From: Candidatus Latescibacterota bacterium
GTDB lineage: Bacteria; Latescibacterota; UBA2968; GCA-2709665
Reading direction: 5' to 3'
DNA length: 64,000 bases
Assembly: GCA_965208835.1 (NCBI GenBank)
Contig: OZ242358.1
Span: forward strand, 4,576,001 to 4,640,000
Positions 19,095 to 28,968 of this stretch are shown piece after piece (position 1 is the stretch's first letter; each line of letters opens with the position of its first letter). The notes below the pieces were generated by a model. The model worked only from the letters and a program-made list of their open reading frames with translations. It made no database searches and was not told the DNA's origin. Made by a program: the position numbers and the translations under genes.

Positions 19095-20204
19095 GTGGCG
19101 ATGATACAGACCGTTGACGGAGGCATCCTTTCGTGGCGTCGCGGGACAGGGGCGTTCATGCCCGCCATCACTCCGTTGTCCGATGGCAGCATGATCGCGT
19201 GCCAGCACGTGGGCGAGAGCCTGGGTTCCGCGGACAACCATATCGAAGTCCTTCGCTCCTCCGACGGCGCGGCGACGTGGGTGAACGAAGGCAGCATCCA
19301 CGGCGGCGGGCCTCCGGACGACGGGTGGAGTTACAGAAGCCCCCACATCAGCGAGGCGCCCGGCGGGCGGCTCGCCATGACCGTGACGCGTTTCGAGATG
19401 CGGTCCGAAAGGCTGTTCGATCCCAACTCCGAGGTGTTGCAGCGACCGGAGATGCTGCTGATCCGGTCGGATGACAAGGGCCGCACCTGGTCTCCGCCAC
19501 AGGTCATTCACGTGGACCTGCCGCCGGAGAAATACACGTGCAATGGCGCCGGCGTGCTTCTTCAACTCGATCCGGACCGGTGGATGTACCCGCTGGAAAC
19601 CTGGAAGCCGGAGGGGTATGCCGGGCCGCCCGACCAGAAGGCCGCGGCAGTCTTCTCCGCAGACCAGGGACGAACCTGGGGTGAGTTTACGGTGGTGGCC
19701 GACGATCCTTCGGGGGAGTTGCTCTGGTGGGACCAGATGAATACGGTTTTGCCGGACGGCAGAATTTACACCACGCTCTGGACCCACGTCTATGGTACCT
19801 CCGAGGATCTTCCCAATCACTGGACCGTCTCGGACGATGGAGGGAGGACATGGTCCGCGCCGCGGCCCACCAACCTGCGGGGGCAGGTCTGCTCCCCCAT
19901 CGCGCTGGCAGACGGACGGGTGGCGGCCATATACAACTTCCGCCGCGAACCGCATGGAATACGCGTGGCAATCAGCGAGGACCTGGAGACGTTCGATCTG
20001 GATGACCAGATCGTCGTGTTCGACGCCGGGGCCGAGGCCACCCTGGGAGAGCCGGAGACGGACAATTTCCTGGCCGAACACATGCAGATCGCTTTCGGAA
20101 AGCCCGGCGGCATCCGGCTCGACGACGGCGACCTGATGACGTATTTCTGGTGTACGGTCGGGGGCGTCACGCATACGCGATGGGTGCGGTTGAAGATCAA
20201 TTAA
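19095..20204 (+). CDS. BNR/Asp-box sialidase-family beta-propeller
   Basis: Asp boxes SSDGAATW, SDDKGRTW, SADQGRTW, SDDGGRTW; no signal peptide. Confidence 0.8.
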   Translation: MAMIQTVDGGILSWRRGTGAFMPAITPLSDGSMIACQHVGESLGSADNHIEVLRSSDGAATWVNEGSIHGGGPPDDGWSYRSPHISEAPGGRLAMTVTRFEMRSERLFDPNSEVLQRPEMLLIRSDDKGRTWSPPQVIHVDLPPEKYTCNGAGVLLQLDPDRWMYPLETWKPEGYAGPPDQKAAAVFSADQGRTWGEFTVVADDPSGELLWWDQMNTVLPDGRIYTTLWTHVYGTSEDLPNHWTVSDDGGRTWSAPRPTNLRGQVCSPIALADGRVAAIYNFRREPHGIRVAISEDLETFDLDDQIVVFDAGAEATLGEPETDNFLAEHMQIAFGKPGGIRLDDGDLMTYFWCTVGGVTHTRWVRLKIN

Positions 20205-20247
20205 AGGGTTGCACGCCGGCGACAACCGGATATTGGAGGCTGAGAAC

Positions 20248-21327
20248 ATGAACGGACCCGGCCAGACCTCGACCCGTGTGGCCGCGGACGTCCTGGAAAC
20301 ATTCGTACGCGACCTGTATCTGGCTGCCGGCGTGCCCGGCGACGACGCGGAAACGATCGCCGGAGCGACCCTCTGCCAGGAGACCCGCGGCAATACGACC
20401 CACGGGCTCCGGCTCGTTCACTTCAATCTTCGGGGGTTGGACGATGGGACGATCCGGGCCAATCCGGACCAGCCCGTCCTGAGCGACCGGGGCATGACCG
20501 CGGTTATCGAAGGCGACCACGGCGTGGGTATTGTGGGCTGTATGAGGGGGATGCGGCTTGCGATCGCCAAGGCCCGGGAGGGTGGCATCGGCGTCGCGCT
20601 GATCGTACGCAACAACCACTTTCTCGCCGCCGTACCGTATTGCCTGGAAGCGGCCAACGCGGGCATGATCGGCATGGCGTTCTCAAACACCAAGGGATCC
20701 ATGGGATATCCAGGCGCCCGCGGCTCTGTGATCGGCAACACGCCGATGGGGTTCGGCATTCCGACAGCCGGCGGCTTCCCCATCCTGTTCGACGCGTGCA
20801 TGACCGCCTCGGGGGGCCGGATGCGGCAGTGGATCCGGGAAGGCAAGCGGATTCCCCGGGATATTCGGGGCTTCGACCGGGACGGCACGCCCACCGACGA
20901 CCCGCGGGCCGTCATCGGCGGCGGGACCACGATGCCGATCGGCGGCCACAAGGGCGCAGGTCTGGCCATTCTGGTTGAGGCGCTGACGGGCGTGCTGGGC
21001 GGCGCCGCTTTCCTGAGCGATATCACGCCCCGCGACCAGGCGGACCGTACGGACAAGATCCACGCGGTCAGCCATTGCTGCATCGCCATTGACGTCGCGG
21101 CGTTTATGCCCGTGGCCGATTTCGAAGCGCGGATGGCGGACTTCGTCGCGGACCTCAAGGGCAGTCCCCTGGGCGGCGAGTCCGATGAGATCCGGCTGCC
21201 CGGCGAAAGAATGGAGCGGACCCGGCAAGAATGCGAGATTCACGGCGTGCCGCTGGAACCGGATGTGCGCCAGGAACTGGAGGAGTGGGCAAAGCGATTG
21301 GGCGTACGTTTCCCGGATACCGTGTAG
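20248..21327 (+). CDS. Ldh2 family (AllD/ComC/YiaK-type) NAD(P)-dependent oxidoreductase
   Basis: RGNTTHG, RNNHF, GNTPMGFGIP, GGHKGAGLA, IRLPGE. Confidence 0.9.
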   Translation: MNGPGQTSTRVAADVLETFVRDLYLAAGVPGDDAETIAGATLCQETRGNTTHGLRLVHFNLRGLDDGTIRANPDQPVLSDRGMTAVIEGDHGVGIVGCMRGMRLAIAKAREGGIGVALIVRNNHFLAAVPYCLEAANAGMIGMAFSNTKGSMGYPGARGSVIGNTPMGFGIPTAGGFPILFDACMTASGGRMRQWIREGKRIPRDIRGFDRDGTPTDDPRAVIGGGTTMPIGGHKGAGLAILVEALTGVLGGAAFLSDITPRDQADRTDKIHAVSHCCIAIDVAAFMPVADFEARMADFVADLKGSPLGGESDEIRLPGERMERTRQECEIHGVPLEPDVRQELEEWAKRLGVRFPDTV

Positions 21328-21354
21328 TCCGCCGCTGTATCGATGCGAGGAGAT

Positions 21355-21852
21355 ATGGACGACCGATACCGGATTCGCGGCGCGACCGAAGCCGACCTGG
21401 ACCGGATAGGCGAGATCATCCGTCAGGCGTGGGAGCCGATTTTTGGGCTGCACGAAGAGAACTGGGGCGAGGAGCTCTTCGACGCCCTCTATGCGAACTG
21501 GCCGGAAAACATCAAGGCCAGCGTCGGGCGCCACATGGCGGAACACCCGGAATGCGCGTTCGTCGTCGAGTCACGCGAAACCGGCGAGGTCGTATCGTTT
21601 ATCACTTATCTGCTGGATACGAAAAAAGGGATTGGAGTCGTCGGCCTGAACGCCGTCGAGGCCGGGTTGCAGGGGCAGGGAATCGGGACCATGATGTACA
21701 ACTTCGTCATGGACCGGTTCCGAAAGGCAGGGCTGAAATACGCCCAGGTAAGAACGGGCCTGAACGATGCGCAGGCCGGCGCCCGGAGGGCCTACGAGAA
21801 GGCGGGCTTCAACATCGAGCGCAAAGAGGTCATCTATTACGCGTATTTGTGA
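21355..21852 (+). CDS. GNAT family N-acetyltransferase
   Basis: IRGATEADL; NAV..QGQGIG acetyl-CoA motif; ARRAYEKAGF. Confidence 0.88.
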   Translation: MDDRYRIRGATEADLDRIGEIIRQAWEPIFGLHEENWGEELFDALYANWPENIKASVGRHMAEHPECAFVVESRETGEVVSFITYLLDTKKGIGVVGLNAVEAGLQGQGIGTMMYNFVMDRFRKAGLKYAQVRTGLNDAQAGARRAYEKAGFNIERKEVIYYAYL

Positions 21853-21960
21853 ACACAAAAGGCGTATCTACCGAGTAGCGAGACAACACACTTGTGCGTA
21901 TATTATGATGCCTGTTCTCCCGAAAAGATCGCTCACAATTAGCAGCCAATTGGGGTAGGT

Positions 21961-22266
21961 ATGGCGCCGCTCCGGATAGAATTGCCGCAAGCCCGGATTG
22001 ATGATTTCTGTTGTCGCTGGAAAATTACTGAATTGGCTGCGTTTGGCTCTGTGCTTCGCGGTGACTTTGCAAAAGACAGCGACGTCGACCTTCTGGTTAC
22101 GTTCACCCCGGGCGCCGAACACAGTTTACTCGATCTGGTTCAGATGCAGGAAGAATTGTCGGAAATTCTCGGACGGCCTGTTGACCTCATCGAAGAGCAG
22201 GGGCTCCGAAATCCTTTCCGCAGGAAGGGCATTCTGAGCACCAAAGAGGTGATTTATGCGGCCTGA
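21961..22266 (+). CDS. Minimal nucleotidyltransferase (MNT, MntA-like antitoxin)
   Basis: FGSVLRGDFAKDSDVDLLV; LGRPVDL; 101 aa. Confidence 0.9.
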   Translation: MAPLRIELPQARIDDFCCRWKITELAAFGSVLRGDFAKDSDVDLLVTFTPGAEHSLLDLVQMQEELSEILGRPVDLIEEQGLRNPFRRKGILSTKEVIYAA

Positions 22267-22351
22267 GAGCCGGGATGGCGTTACATTTTATCGTGGCAAC
22301 CCCTTGCGAGAGAGAAGAAACGTCCATGTTTTGTCGATAGCGGAACTTTAG
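22256..22351 (+). pseudogene. Probable remnant of the cognate HEPN/DUF86 toxin
   Basis: ATG overlaps the MNT end; begins MRPESRD as many DUF86 partners do, then diverges and stops after 31 aa with no RxxxxH. Confidence 0.45.
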
Positions 22352-22357
22352 GATGAC

Positions 22358-22630
22358 TTACTCCCTGAATAGGTCGGAATGGGAGCCGGTACGCACCAGG
22401 TACAACTCGGCCCCATCGATACGGTAGACCAAGAGCCAGTCCGGTTCGATGTGGGCTTCTCGGTGATTTAGCCAGTTTCCCCGCAGTTTGTGGTCACGAT
22501 AACGAATTGGCAAATGCGTCTCCCGAATCAACAACGCCAAGACCTCTCTCAGTTTACCGAGATTCTTCCCTCTTGCCTCTGCTCGTTTTACGTCACGCCG
22601 GAATTGAGTCGAACGAACAGTAGCCAGCAT
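22358..22630 (-). CDS. yafQ: YafQ family mRNA interferase toxin
   Basis: QFRRDVKR; YRDHKLRGNW..REAHIEPDWLLVY; RTGSHSDLF. Confidence 0.93.
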   Translation of the reverse strand: MLATVRSTQFRRDVKRAEARGKNLGKLREVLALLIRETHLPIRYRDHKLRGNWLNHREAHIEPDWLLVYRIDGAELYLVRTGSHSDLFRE

Positions 22631-22631
22631 G

Positions 22632-22889
22632 TCAGATGCCAAGATCCCGGAACAATTCATCGGCGCTGCTGAATCGTTTGCCCTTTCCCTCTTCCAGTTC
22701 CTTCATCGCTTTGACAGTCGTGGAATTAGGGACTTTTACAGCGAACGGTAGCCGTTTCTCTTCGGCTATCCTCAGCAACAGCAGGCGGATCGCATCGGAA
22801 ACAGAAAGGCCCATGGCTTCAAGCGCCTCAGTCGCCCGTGCTTTGGTATCGCTGTCGATTCGCGCGCGTACCACACTATCGTTACCCAT
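22632..22889 (-). CDS. dinJ: DinJ/RelB family antitoxin
   Basis: VRARID..K..A..AL..MGLSVSDAIRL...LPFAVKVPNSTT; directly upstream of yafQ. Confidence 0.92.
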   Translation of the reverse strand: MGNDSVVRARIDSDTKARATEALEAMGLSVSDAIRLLLLRIAEEKRLPFAVKVPNSTTVKAMKELEEGKGKRFSSADELFRDLGI

Positions 22890-22905
22890 TTAAAGACCTC
22901 CAAAG

Positions 22906-22943
22906 TGTAGCCACAATGTAGCAACAAAGACATGGCTTGTCAA
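22906..22943 (-). promoter_or_regulatory. Sigma70 promoter and probable operator of dinJ-yafQ
   Basis: Minus strand TTGACA-17 bp-TACATT; two TGTAGC(C/A)ACA units (22906-22915, 22917-22926) overlap the -10. Confidence 0.8.
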
Positions 22944-22994
22944 GGAAGAACCCGGTCGGAATCGACTCGAAGCACTCGTTGAAAGGCGGCGGCC

Positions 22995-24062
22995 GTGGAG
23001 AAGTACATCTTTGCGGGTGGTCCTGCAGAAGCGGGGCGGGCACAGGGCGCGCTCGATCCCGAATACGCCCGGCGTGAGCTGGAGAAGCGGTTGGAACAAC
23101 CCCAGGACTTCGAGGACAGCTACTTCCGTGAGAACATGGCTTTCATGCGGCGGGAGTTTCCGGAACTGGTGACTCAGATTGAGGCATACGGCGACGCGGC
23201 GGGGATCGAAAACTTCGACCATACGTTTCTGCTGCACGTCTACTTCGCGGCCACCGACCTGGACGGTTGTTCGGCGCTCGGGATCATGCTGAAGGACGAC
23301 GGTCCGGCGATGTTGAGGACGTACGATACGAGCTCGATGGGCAGGGTCGAGGATTTCGTAAAGGACAAGATCCTGATGGGACTGCCGGACGCCAGGCCGC
23401 ACGGGCTGGCCGGCATCGGGGAGCGGTTCGGCGTCACCGTCGGCACGGCGGTCAACGACGCGGGGCTGCTGGTGGGCTGCGCGTCGGGGCACCGGAAATA
23501 TAATCCCGGCGCCAACCCAGAACACGTCAATCTCTATTTCACCACGCACCTGCTTGCGCAATATTGCTCCAATTGCGACGATGTCAGGCATTTCCTCCGG
23601 CAGTACCGGATCTCAGGCATCAAAGGGCTCACGGGCGTGGCCGTTGACTCGGCCGACGACATGGTCGGGTTCGAGCTGGAATCGGCGAACATTGCCCTTC
23701 GGGAACCCGAAAACGGAATGGTTCTCGAGACCAACCACTGGCAGGACCCGGACCTCCAGCGCCCGTCTCGAAAGGCCGATCCGGACTGGTGGGCGAGCGC
23801 CTCGTACTACAACTCTCAGAACCGGGTCCAGTACCTGGCCTGTCACCGTGATGCGTTCGAGAAAATGCGCACCGTGAGCGAACTGACCGATTTTTCTTTC
23901 GACGTGCACGCGCCGGGCCGGATTCTGCAGAGCCCTGAAACCAACATCGGAAGCTGGTTCACCACCCACGCGATCTTCATGACGTCGCGGGACCGGAAGC
24001 TGCGGGTCCACCGGTATCCGCTGGAGAAGAGACGGTCCACGGAAATGACGTATGGGGAGTGA
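22995..24062 (+). CDS. C45 family autoproteolytic Ntn acyltransferase/amidase (paralog D1)
   Basis: DG/CSALG cleavage site about 90 aa in; VNDAGL; ETNHW. Confidence 0.75.
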   Translation: MEKYIFAGGPAEAGRAQGALDPEYARRELEKRLEQPQDFEDSYFRENMAFMRREFPELVTQIEAYGDAAGIENFDHTFLLHVYFAATDLDGCSALGIMLKDDGPAMLRTYDTSSMGRVEDFVKDKILMGLPDARPHGLAGIGERFGVTVGTAVNDAGLLVGCASGHRKYNPGANPEHVNLYFTTHLLAQYCSNCDDVRHFLRQYRISGIKGLTGVAVDSADDMVGFELESANIALREPENGMVLETNHWQDPDLQRPSRKADPDWWASASYYNSQNRVQYLACHRDAFEKMRTVSELTDFSFDVHAPGRILQSPETNIGSWFTTHAIFMTSRDRKLRVHRYPLEKRRSTEMTYGE

Positions 24063-24087
24063 CGGAAACTGCGAAACGGGAGGAATC

Positions 24088-25587
24088 ATGGATCGGAAGA
24101 ACACGGACCCCGGCAGCGCGGATGGGTTCCTTCTGATGGACGGGATCGAATCGGTTCACCACGTCACGCAAACCGTGTGCGAAGCGGAAAAACACCCGCT
24201 GAATCCCGTACTGCCGGTGGGCGACTCGCACGAGTGGGATTCCACCCACTGCGCGCCGTGGTCCTCGCCTACGGTCATCTACGACGATGAAGACGGACTG
24301 TTCAAGGCCTGGTACGCCGGATCGGACATCGCGACGTCGAGGTGGTGGGCGATGGGGTACGCCGTCAGCGAGGACGGGATCAACTGGCACAAACCCGAAC
24401 TGGGCCTGTACGAGTACAACGGGAGCAAGAAGAACAACATCGTCCTGGACGGGCGCGGCCCGATTGTCAAGGACGACGCCGAGCCGGACCCGAACAAGCG
24501 ATTCAAGGGGATCAAGCGCAGCTTCGGCGGGCAGAAGGTCTATGCCGGAAAGGGCGCCCGGGCCAACTACTCGCCCGACGGGATCCACTGGACCGAGGGT
24601 CCGAACATCGACCTGCCGGAGTGGTTTCGCGGCCCCCCCGATATCGGCGTGCTCGTCCGCGACGACCAGGACCCGGATCCCTCACGCCGGTACAAAACCG
24701 TCTTCCAGGAGATGGTACCGTTCGACAAGCCGGATATCAAGCGCCACGCCGATCGGTACCGCGGCCTCGGACGCGCGAAGACTCTGGCGTACGGCCCGGA
24801 CATCGAGAACTTCCGGCGGGCAGAGGAGAATCCCCTGATCTCCCCCGCCGACGGGCTCGAGTACGAAGACCATCACATCATGATGTCGCCGTACGGCGGC
24901 GCGTGGATCGTCTGCTACGAGTACGGTTGGTACGTGCCGAACGGCTACGGCCGCTACGGGATGTACTCGGCCGACATCCGGCTGGCGGTCAGCGGCGACG
25001 GGCTCAGTTTCGATCGTGTCAATCCCCACCAGAAGGTCATCGCCCGCGGCGCCCACGGCGAGTGGGACGGGGGGCTGCTCATCATTACGGATAAACCGGT
25101 TGTCAAGGACGGGACCGTCTACCTGTTCTATGGCGGGGCGGGCGAAGAGTTCACGAGTTGGCCGCCGGAAAACGAGGTCCCCGAGTTCATCCATGAGATG
25201 GGGAGCGGGAGCGCGCGCATGGCGCGGATGGGTCTGGCCACGCTTCGCGAAGACGGGTTCACCTGCTTGGAGACCCCGGACCGCGAGACGCCGGGACACG
25301 CGACCACCGCCCCGCTGGCGCTGACTGACAGGTCGACCGAACTGACGGTCAACGTGGGCGATGTCCGGCGCAACCGCAACTGGCTCGAAGTCGAAGTCCT
25401 GGACGCCGACTCCGGCGAACCGATTGCGGGATACGAATGCGAGGACTGCAATGATATCGACGTCGACGGGCTGCGGCGCCGCGTCACCTGGGGCGACAAT
25501 GGTCTTGCCGGCATCGGCCGGGACCGCTTCAGGCTGCGCTTCCATCTCTATGGCGCCGCCCGGCTGTACGGTTATCGATTCGACTGA
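24088..25587 (+). CDS. GH32-like beta-propeller plus beta-sandwich protein
   Basis: KHPLNPVL, FKAWY, YAVSEDGINWHKPELG, GLATLREDGF, LRFHL...LYGY. Confidence 0.65.
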   Translation: MDRKNTDPGSADGFLLMDGIESVHHVTQTVCEAEKHPLNPVLPVGDSHEWDSTHCAPWSSPTVIYDDEDGLFKAWYAGSDIATSRWWAMGYAVSEDGINWHKPELGLYEYNGSKKNNIVLDGRGPIVKDDAEPDPNKRFKGIKRSFGGQKVYAGKGARANYSPDGIHWTEGPNIDLPEWFRGPPDIGVLVRDDQDPDPSRRYKTVFQEMVPFDKPDIKRHADRYRGLGRAKTLAYGPDIENFRRAEENPLISPADGLEYEDHHIMMSPYGGAWIVCYEYGWYVPNGYGRYGMYSADIRLAVSGDGLSFDRVNPHQKVIARGAHGEWDGGLLIITDKPVVKDGTVYLFYGGAGEEFTSWPPENEVPEFIHEMGSGSARMARMGLATLREDGFTCLETPDRETPGHATTAPLALTDRSTELTVNVGDVRRNRNWLEVEVLDADSGEPIAGYECEDCNDIDVDGLRRRVTWGDNGLAGIGRDRFRLRFHLYGAARLYGYRFD

Positions 25588-25790
25588 GACAGTGGTCAGA
25601 AAAAACGAAAACCAGGAGCGGGTAGACGTAAGCCGGAAAAGGGGAGAGATTGCCTGCCTCGTAAGTTTTCTTCTCGTGCCGCAGGCAAGGAAGAATAGCA
25701 TACCGGGCAAGGATTTCTTCTACCGTCTACCCTCTTCCGTCTCCCCGCATTTCTTCCACCGGCCACTGGTTTTCCTTAAGGTGAATTCCC

Positions 25791-27620
25791 ATGGGTGAAG
25801 CTCATACGGCTGACGTAATTGTGGCCAGGGACGTGATGGTCCCGATGCGGGACGGCGTGCGTCTGGCAACCGACCTCTACTTCCCCGGCGAGGTTGCGAA
25901 TCGACGTACCGGGACCTTCCCGGCGGTCCTGGAGCGGACGCCGTACAACAAGAACGGCGGTTCGGCTATCGCAAGCTTTTTCGCGCGTCACGGCTACATC
26001 GCCGCCGTACAGGACTGCAGGGGACGCTACGGTTCCGAGGGCGCGTTCTTCCCGTTCAGGGACGACCCGGAGGACGGGTACGACACCATCGAATGGATCG
26101 CCGATCATCCCTCGTGCAACGGGAAGGTGGGCATGCACGGTTGTTCCTACGATGCGTGGGTGCAGTTCCACGCGGCCACGCAGAACCCACCGTCCCTTGT
26201 GACCATGATTCCATTCGAAGGGCCCATCAACGCCTACCACTACAGCATGCGCGAAGGCGGCGCGCTGCATCTCGGCCTCCTGAACTGGGCGGTCCGGATG
26301 TCGATAACGGGCCACGAGGCGCAGGCGGACCCGGCCATTGCCGAAGCCGTACGGGCGATGTCCGCCGACGGAACACAGTTCCTCGAATGGGCATCCCGCA
26401 TCCCCTGGCGGCGCGGTCAGACGCCGCTGGCGGTGGTCCCGCAATATGAGGACGCGGTCTTCCAGCTTTATTTCGAGAACAACGACTATACGGAATTCTG
26501 GCGGCGGCCGGGATTCGCGATGGACGAATATTTCGATTCGTTTCCCGACATGCCCATCCTCTGGATGGTGGGCTGGTTCGACTGGTATCCCAGGACCATC
26601 ATCGACGGGTACCAGAAGATGGTGAGCATGGGACGCGGGAATCAGCACCTGCTCGTGGGCCCCTGGACCCACGGCAACTGCGAACCGTCCTGCGGAGACG
26701 TGCACTTCGGGCCGGAGGGCGGCCTCCATTTCCATAAGGATTTCCTCCACCTCTACCTGCAGTGGTTCAACCGGTGGCTGAAGGAGGATACCACGGTGGA
26801 CGTGGGCAGCGCTGTGCGGATGTTCCGGATGGGCGGCGGGGACGGCAGCCGGGACAGAGACGGACTCCTGCAACACGGCGGGAAGTGGTTCAGCGTGGAT
26901 GGGTGGCCGCCGAAGGGTTCGCGTTCGATTAACTACTATATCCACGAGAACGGATTTCTGTCGTCCGATGCCCCGTCCGAGGAAGACGCCTCGACCACGT
27001 ACACCTACGACCCGCGCAATACGGTATCCAGCAACGGCCGCTGTATCATCCCCTACGGTCCGATGAAGGAGGGGTGGTTCAAGGGGATGGGGCCCCGCGA
27101 TCAGATCGAGATCGAGACCCTTCCCGGGCATGGCATCCCCGGCATGCCCATCGCCTCACGGCCCGATGTGCTGGTCTTTCAGACCGCGCCGCTGACAGAC
27201 GACCTGTCGATCGCCGGGAACATCAGAGGGAGCCTCTGGATATCCTCGGACGCGCCGGATACCGATTTCTTTCTGAAGCTGCTCGACGTCCATCCCGCCA
27301 GCCCGGACGATCCGAACGGGTACGCCTTCCCCGTTTCCGAAGGCATCCTCAGGGTTCGATATCGTGACAGCTTCGAACATCCGCGTCCGATGGAGCCGGG
27401 AACGGTGTATCGCATCGAGATCGACATGCAGCCGGCGGCAAACCTGTTCAAAGCGGGGCATCGCATCCGACTGGATCTCTGCAGCAGCAACTTTCCGAAT
27501 TACGACATCAACCGCAACACGGGCGATCCCGATGACAGAGACTGGCGCATCGCGCGGAATACCGTCTACCACGAGGCGGGACGAGCCTCATACATAGAAC
27601 TGCCCGTCTGGGAGGCGTGA
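25791..27620 (+). CDS. CocE/NonD family alpha/beta serine hydrolase
   Basis: PMRDGVRLATDLY, RTPYNK, QDCRGRYGSEG, GCSYDA nucleophile, GWFD, GPWTHG. Confidence 0.92.
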   Translation: MGEAHTADVIVARDVMVPMRDGVRLATDLYFPGEVANRRTGTFPAVLERTPYNKNGGSAIASFFARHGYIAAVQDCRGRYGSEGAFFPFRDDPEDGYDTIEWIADHPSCNGKVGMHGCSYDAWVQFHAATQNPPSLVTMIPFEGPINAYHYSMREGGALHLGLLNWAVRMSITGHEAQADPAIAEAVRAMSADGTQFLEWASRIPWRRGQTPLAVVPQYEDAVFQLYFENNDYTEFWRRPGFAMDEYFDSFPDMPILWMVGWFDWYPRTIIDGYQKMVSMGRGNQHLLVGPWTHGNCEPSCGDVHFGPEGGLHFHKDFLHLYLQWFNRWLKEDTTVDVGSAVRMFRMGGGDGSRDRDGLLQHGGKWFSVDGWPPKGSRSINYYIHENGFLSSDAPSEEDASTTYTYDPRNTVSSNGRCIIPYGPMKEGWFKGMGPRDQIEIETLPGHGIPGMPIASRPDVLVFQTAPLTDDLSIAGNIRGSLWISSDAPDTDFFLKLLDVHPASPDDPNGYAFPVSEGILRVRYRDSFEHPRPMEPGTVYRIEIDMQPAANLFKAGHRIRLDLCSSNFPNYDINRNTGDPDDRDWRIARNTVYHEAGRASYIELPVWEA

Positions 27621-27646
27621 CAACATTCAATGCGGAGGAGTCAACG

Positions 27647-28711
27647 ATGGAAACGCGAACGTTTCGAGGGAGTCCCGCGGAGATCGGAAGGGCCCAGGGT
27701 TCCATAAGCCCTGAGGCCGCGCAGGACTACCTGAAGTTCTGGCAGGCCCGGCCGCACGATTTCGAGAATTCCTACTTCCGGCAGAACATGGCATTTATGC
27801 GCCGTGAGTTTCCGGATATGATCGAGCAGATTGAATCGTTCGGAGAGGCGGCGGGAATGGCGTCTTTCGACCACGCGTATTACGGCCACATTCTCTGGAC
27901 CGGGCCCGTGGGGGATGCCTGCTCCACGCTTGGAATCGTACTGGATGATGACGGACCCGCGATGCTGTCCACCAATGACGGTGGGACGGATACGGTGCCC
28001 GGAACGGTGTCCGGTTCCGTTGTCTCATTTTTCCCGGACACGAAGCCTCATGGGATGATGGGGTTCGGTTCCAGCAGGCACGTCACACTCGGGATGGGCG
28101 TGAACGACGCCGGTCTGGCCGTGGGGGCGAACTCCGGTCATCGGAAGTTCAACTTCGCCTCCGATCCCGAACATCTGAACCTCTACTTCGTTGTCCACCT
28201 GCTGACGCAGCACTGCGGCGACTGTGACGACGTCCGGCATTTCGTGGAACAGTACCGCCTCTCGGGACAGAAGGGGATGAACCTGGTCACCGTCGACGCC
28301 GAGGGGAACATACTGGGTCTGGAACTGGAGTCCGAGAACATCGCCATTTCGGAGGCGCAGGACGGGATGCTCCTGGAGGTCAATCACTGGCAGCATCCCA
28401 GGCTTCAGAATCCGTCCCGTGAGGCCGACCCCGAATTCTGGGACGGGCCCTACTATTACAACTCACAGGCGCGCGTCATGTATTTCGCGCACTATCGGAA
28501 TGTCTTCGCCCGGTTGAAGACCCTTCAGGAACTGATTGATTTCTCCTTCGACGTCCACGCGCCCGGGCGGATCCTGCAGACGCATGGTCTGAACGTTGGA
28601 GACCTCATCTCCTGCCAGGTGATGTTCGCAACCACGCGAGATCGAAAGATGAGGCTATACCTGCATCCGATCGAGAAAGACGACTACGAGGAGTTTGAAT
28701 TTCCGAATTGA
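27647..28711 (+). CDS. C45 family Ntn acyltransferase/amidase (paralog D2)
   Basis: DA/CSTLG; shares SYFRxNMAFMRREFP, SGHRK, YYNSQ, DFSFDVHAPGRILQ with 22995-24062. Confidence 0.75.
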   Translation: METRTFRGSPAEIGRAQGSISPEAAQDYLKFWQARPHDFENSYFRQNMAFMRREFPDMIEQIESFGEAAGMASFDHAYYGHILWTGPVGDACSTLGIVLDDDGPAMLSTNDGGTDTVPGTVSGSVVSFFPDTKPHGMMGFGSSRHVTLGMGVNDAGLAVGANSGHRKFNFASDPEHLNLYFVVHLLTQHCGDCDDVRHFVEQYRLSGQKGMNLVTVDAEGNILGLELESENIAISEAQDGMLLEVNHWQHPRLQNPSREADPEFWDGPYYYNSQARVMYFAHYRNVFARLKTLQELIDFSFDVHAPGRILQTHGLNVGDLISCQVMFATTRDRKMRLYLHPIEKDDYEEFEFPN

Positions 28712-28762
28712 ACACAGGGTTGAATTTTCAGTTTGCCGAAACGAGCTTACCTGCATTGCGTG

Positions 28763-28864
28763 CGCTGAGCCTGTCGAAGCAAGTTTGTCGAAATTTCGAA
28801 GTTTCCGCGTTTTGGCGCCGTTTTGACCCTTCGCCGACCCTTCGACAGGCTCAGGGAGCGGCTC
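28763..28864. repeat. REP/REPIN-like palindromic element, copy 2
   Basis: ctgagcctgtcgaag ... cttcgacaggctcag arms; reverse complement shares gagccgctccctgagcYtgtcgaagggtcggcgaagg with 6670-6706. Confidence 0.8.
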
Positions 28865-28939
28865 TGGGCCCGAGGCACTGATATACGAAGCCTGACGTGT
28901 CGCATCTTGCAACAAAAAAGGCACTCCGAAGGAAGTTTG

Positions 28940-28968
28940 TTGCGATTCGGACGCGAATATTGTAGACT
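28940..28968 (+). promoter_or_regulatory. Putative sigma70 promoter
   Basis: TTGCGA-17 bp-TAGACT in a long intergenic region. Confidence 0.45.
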
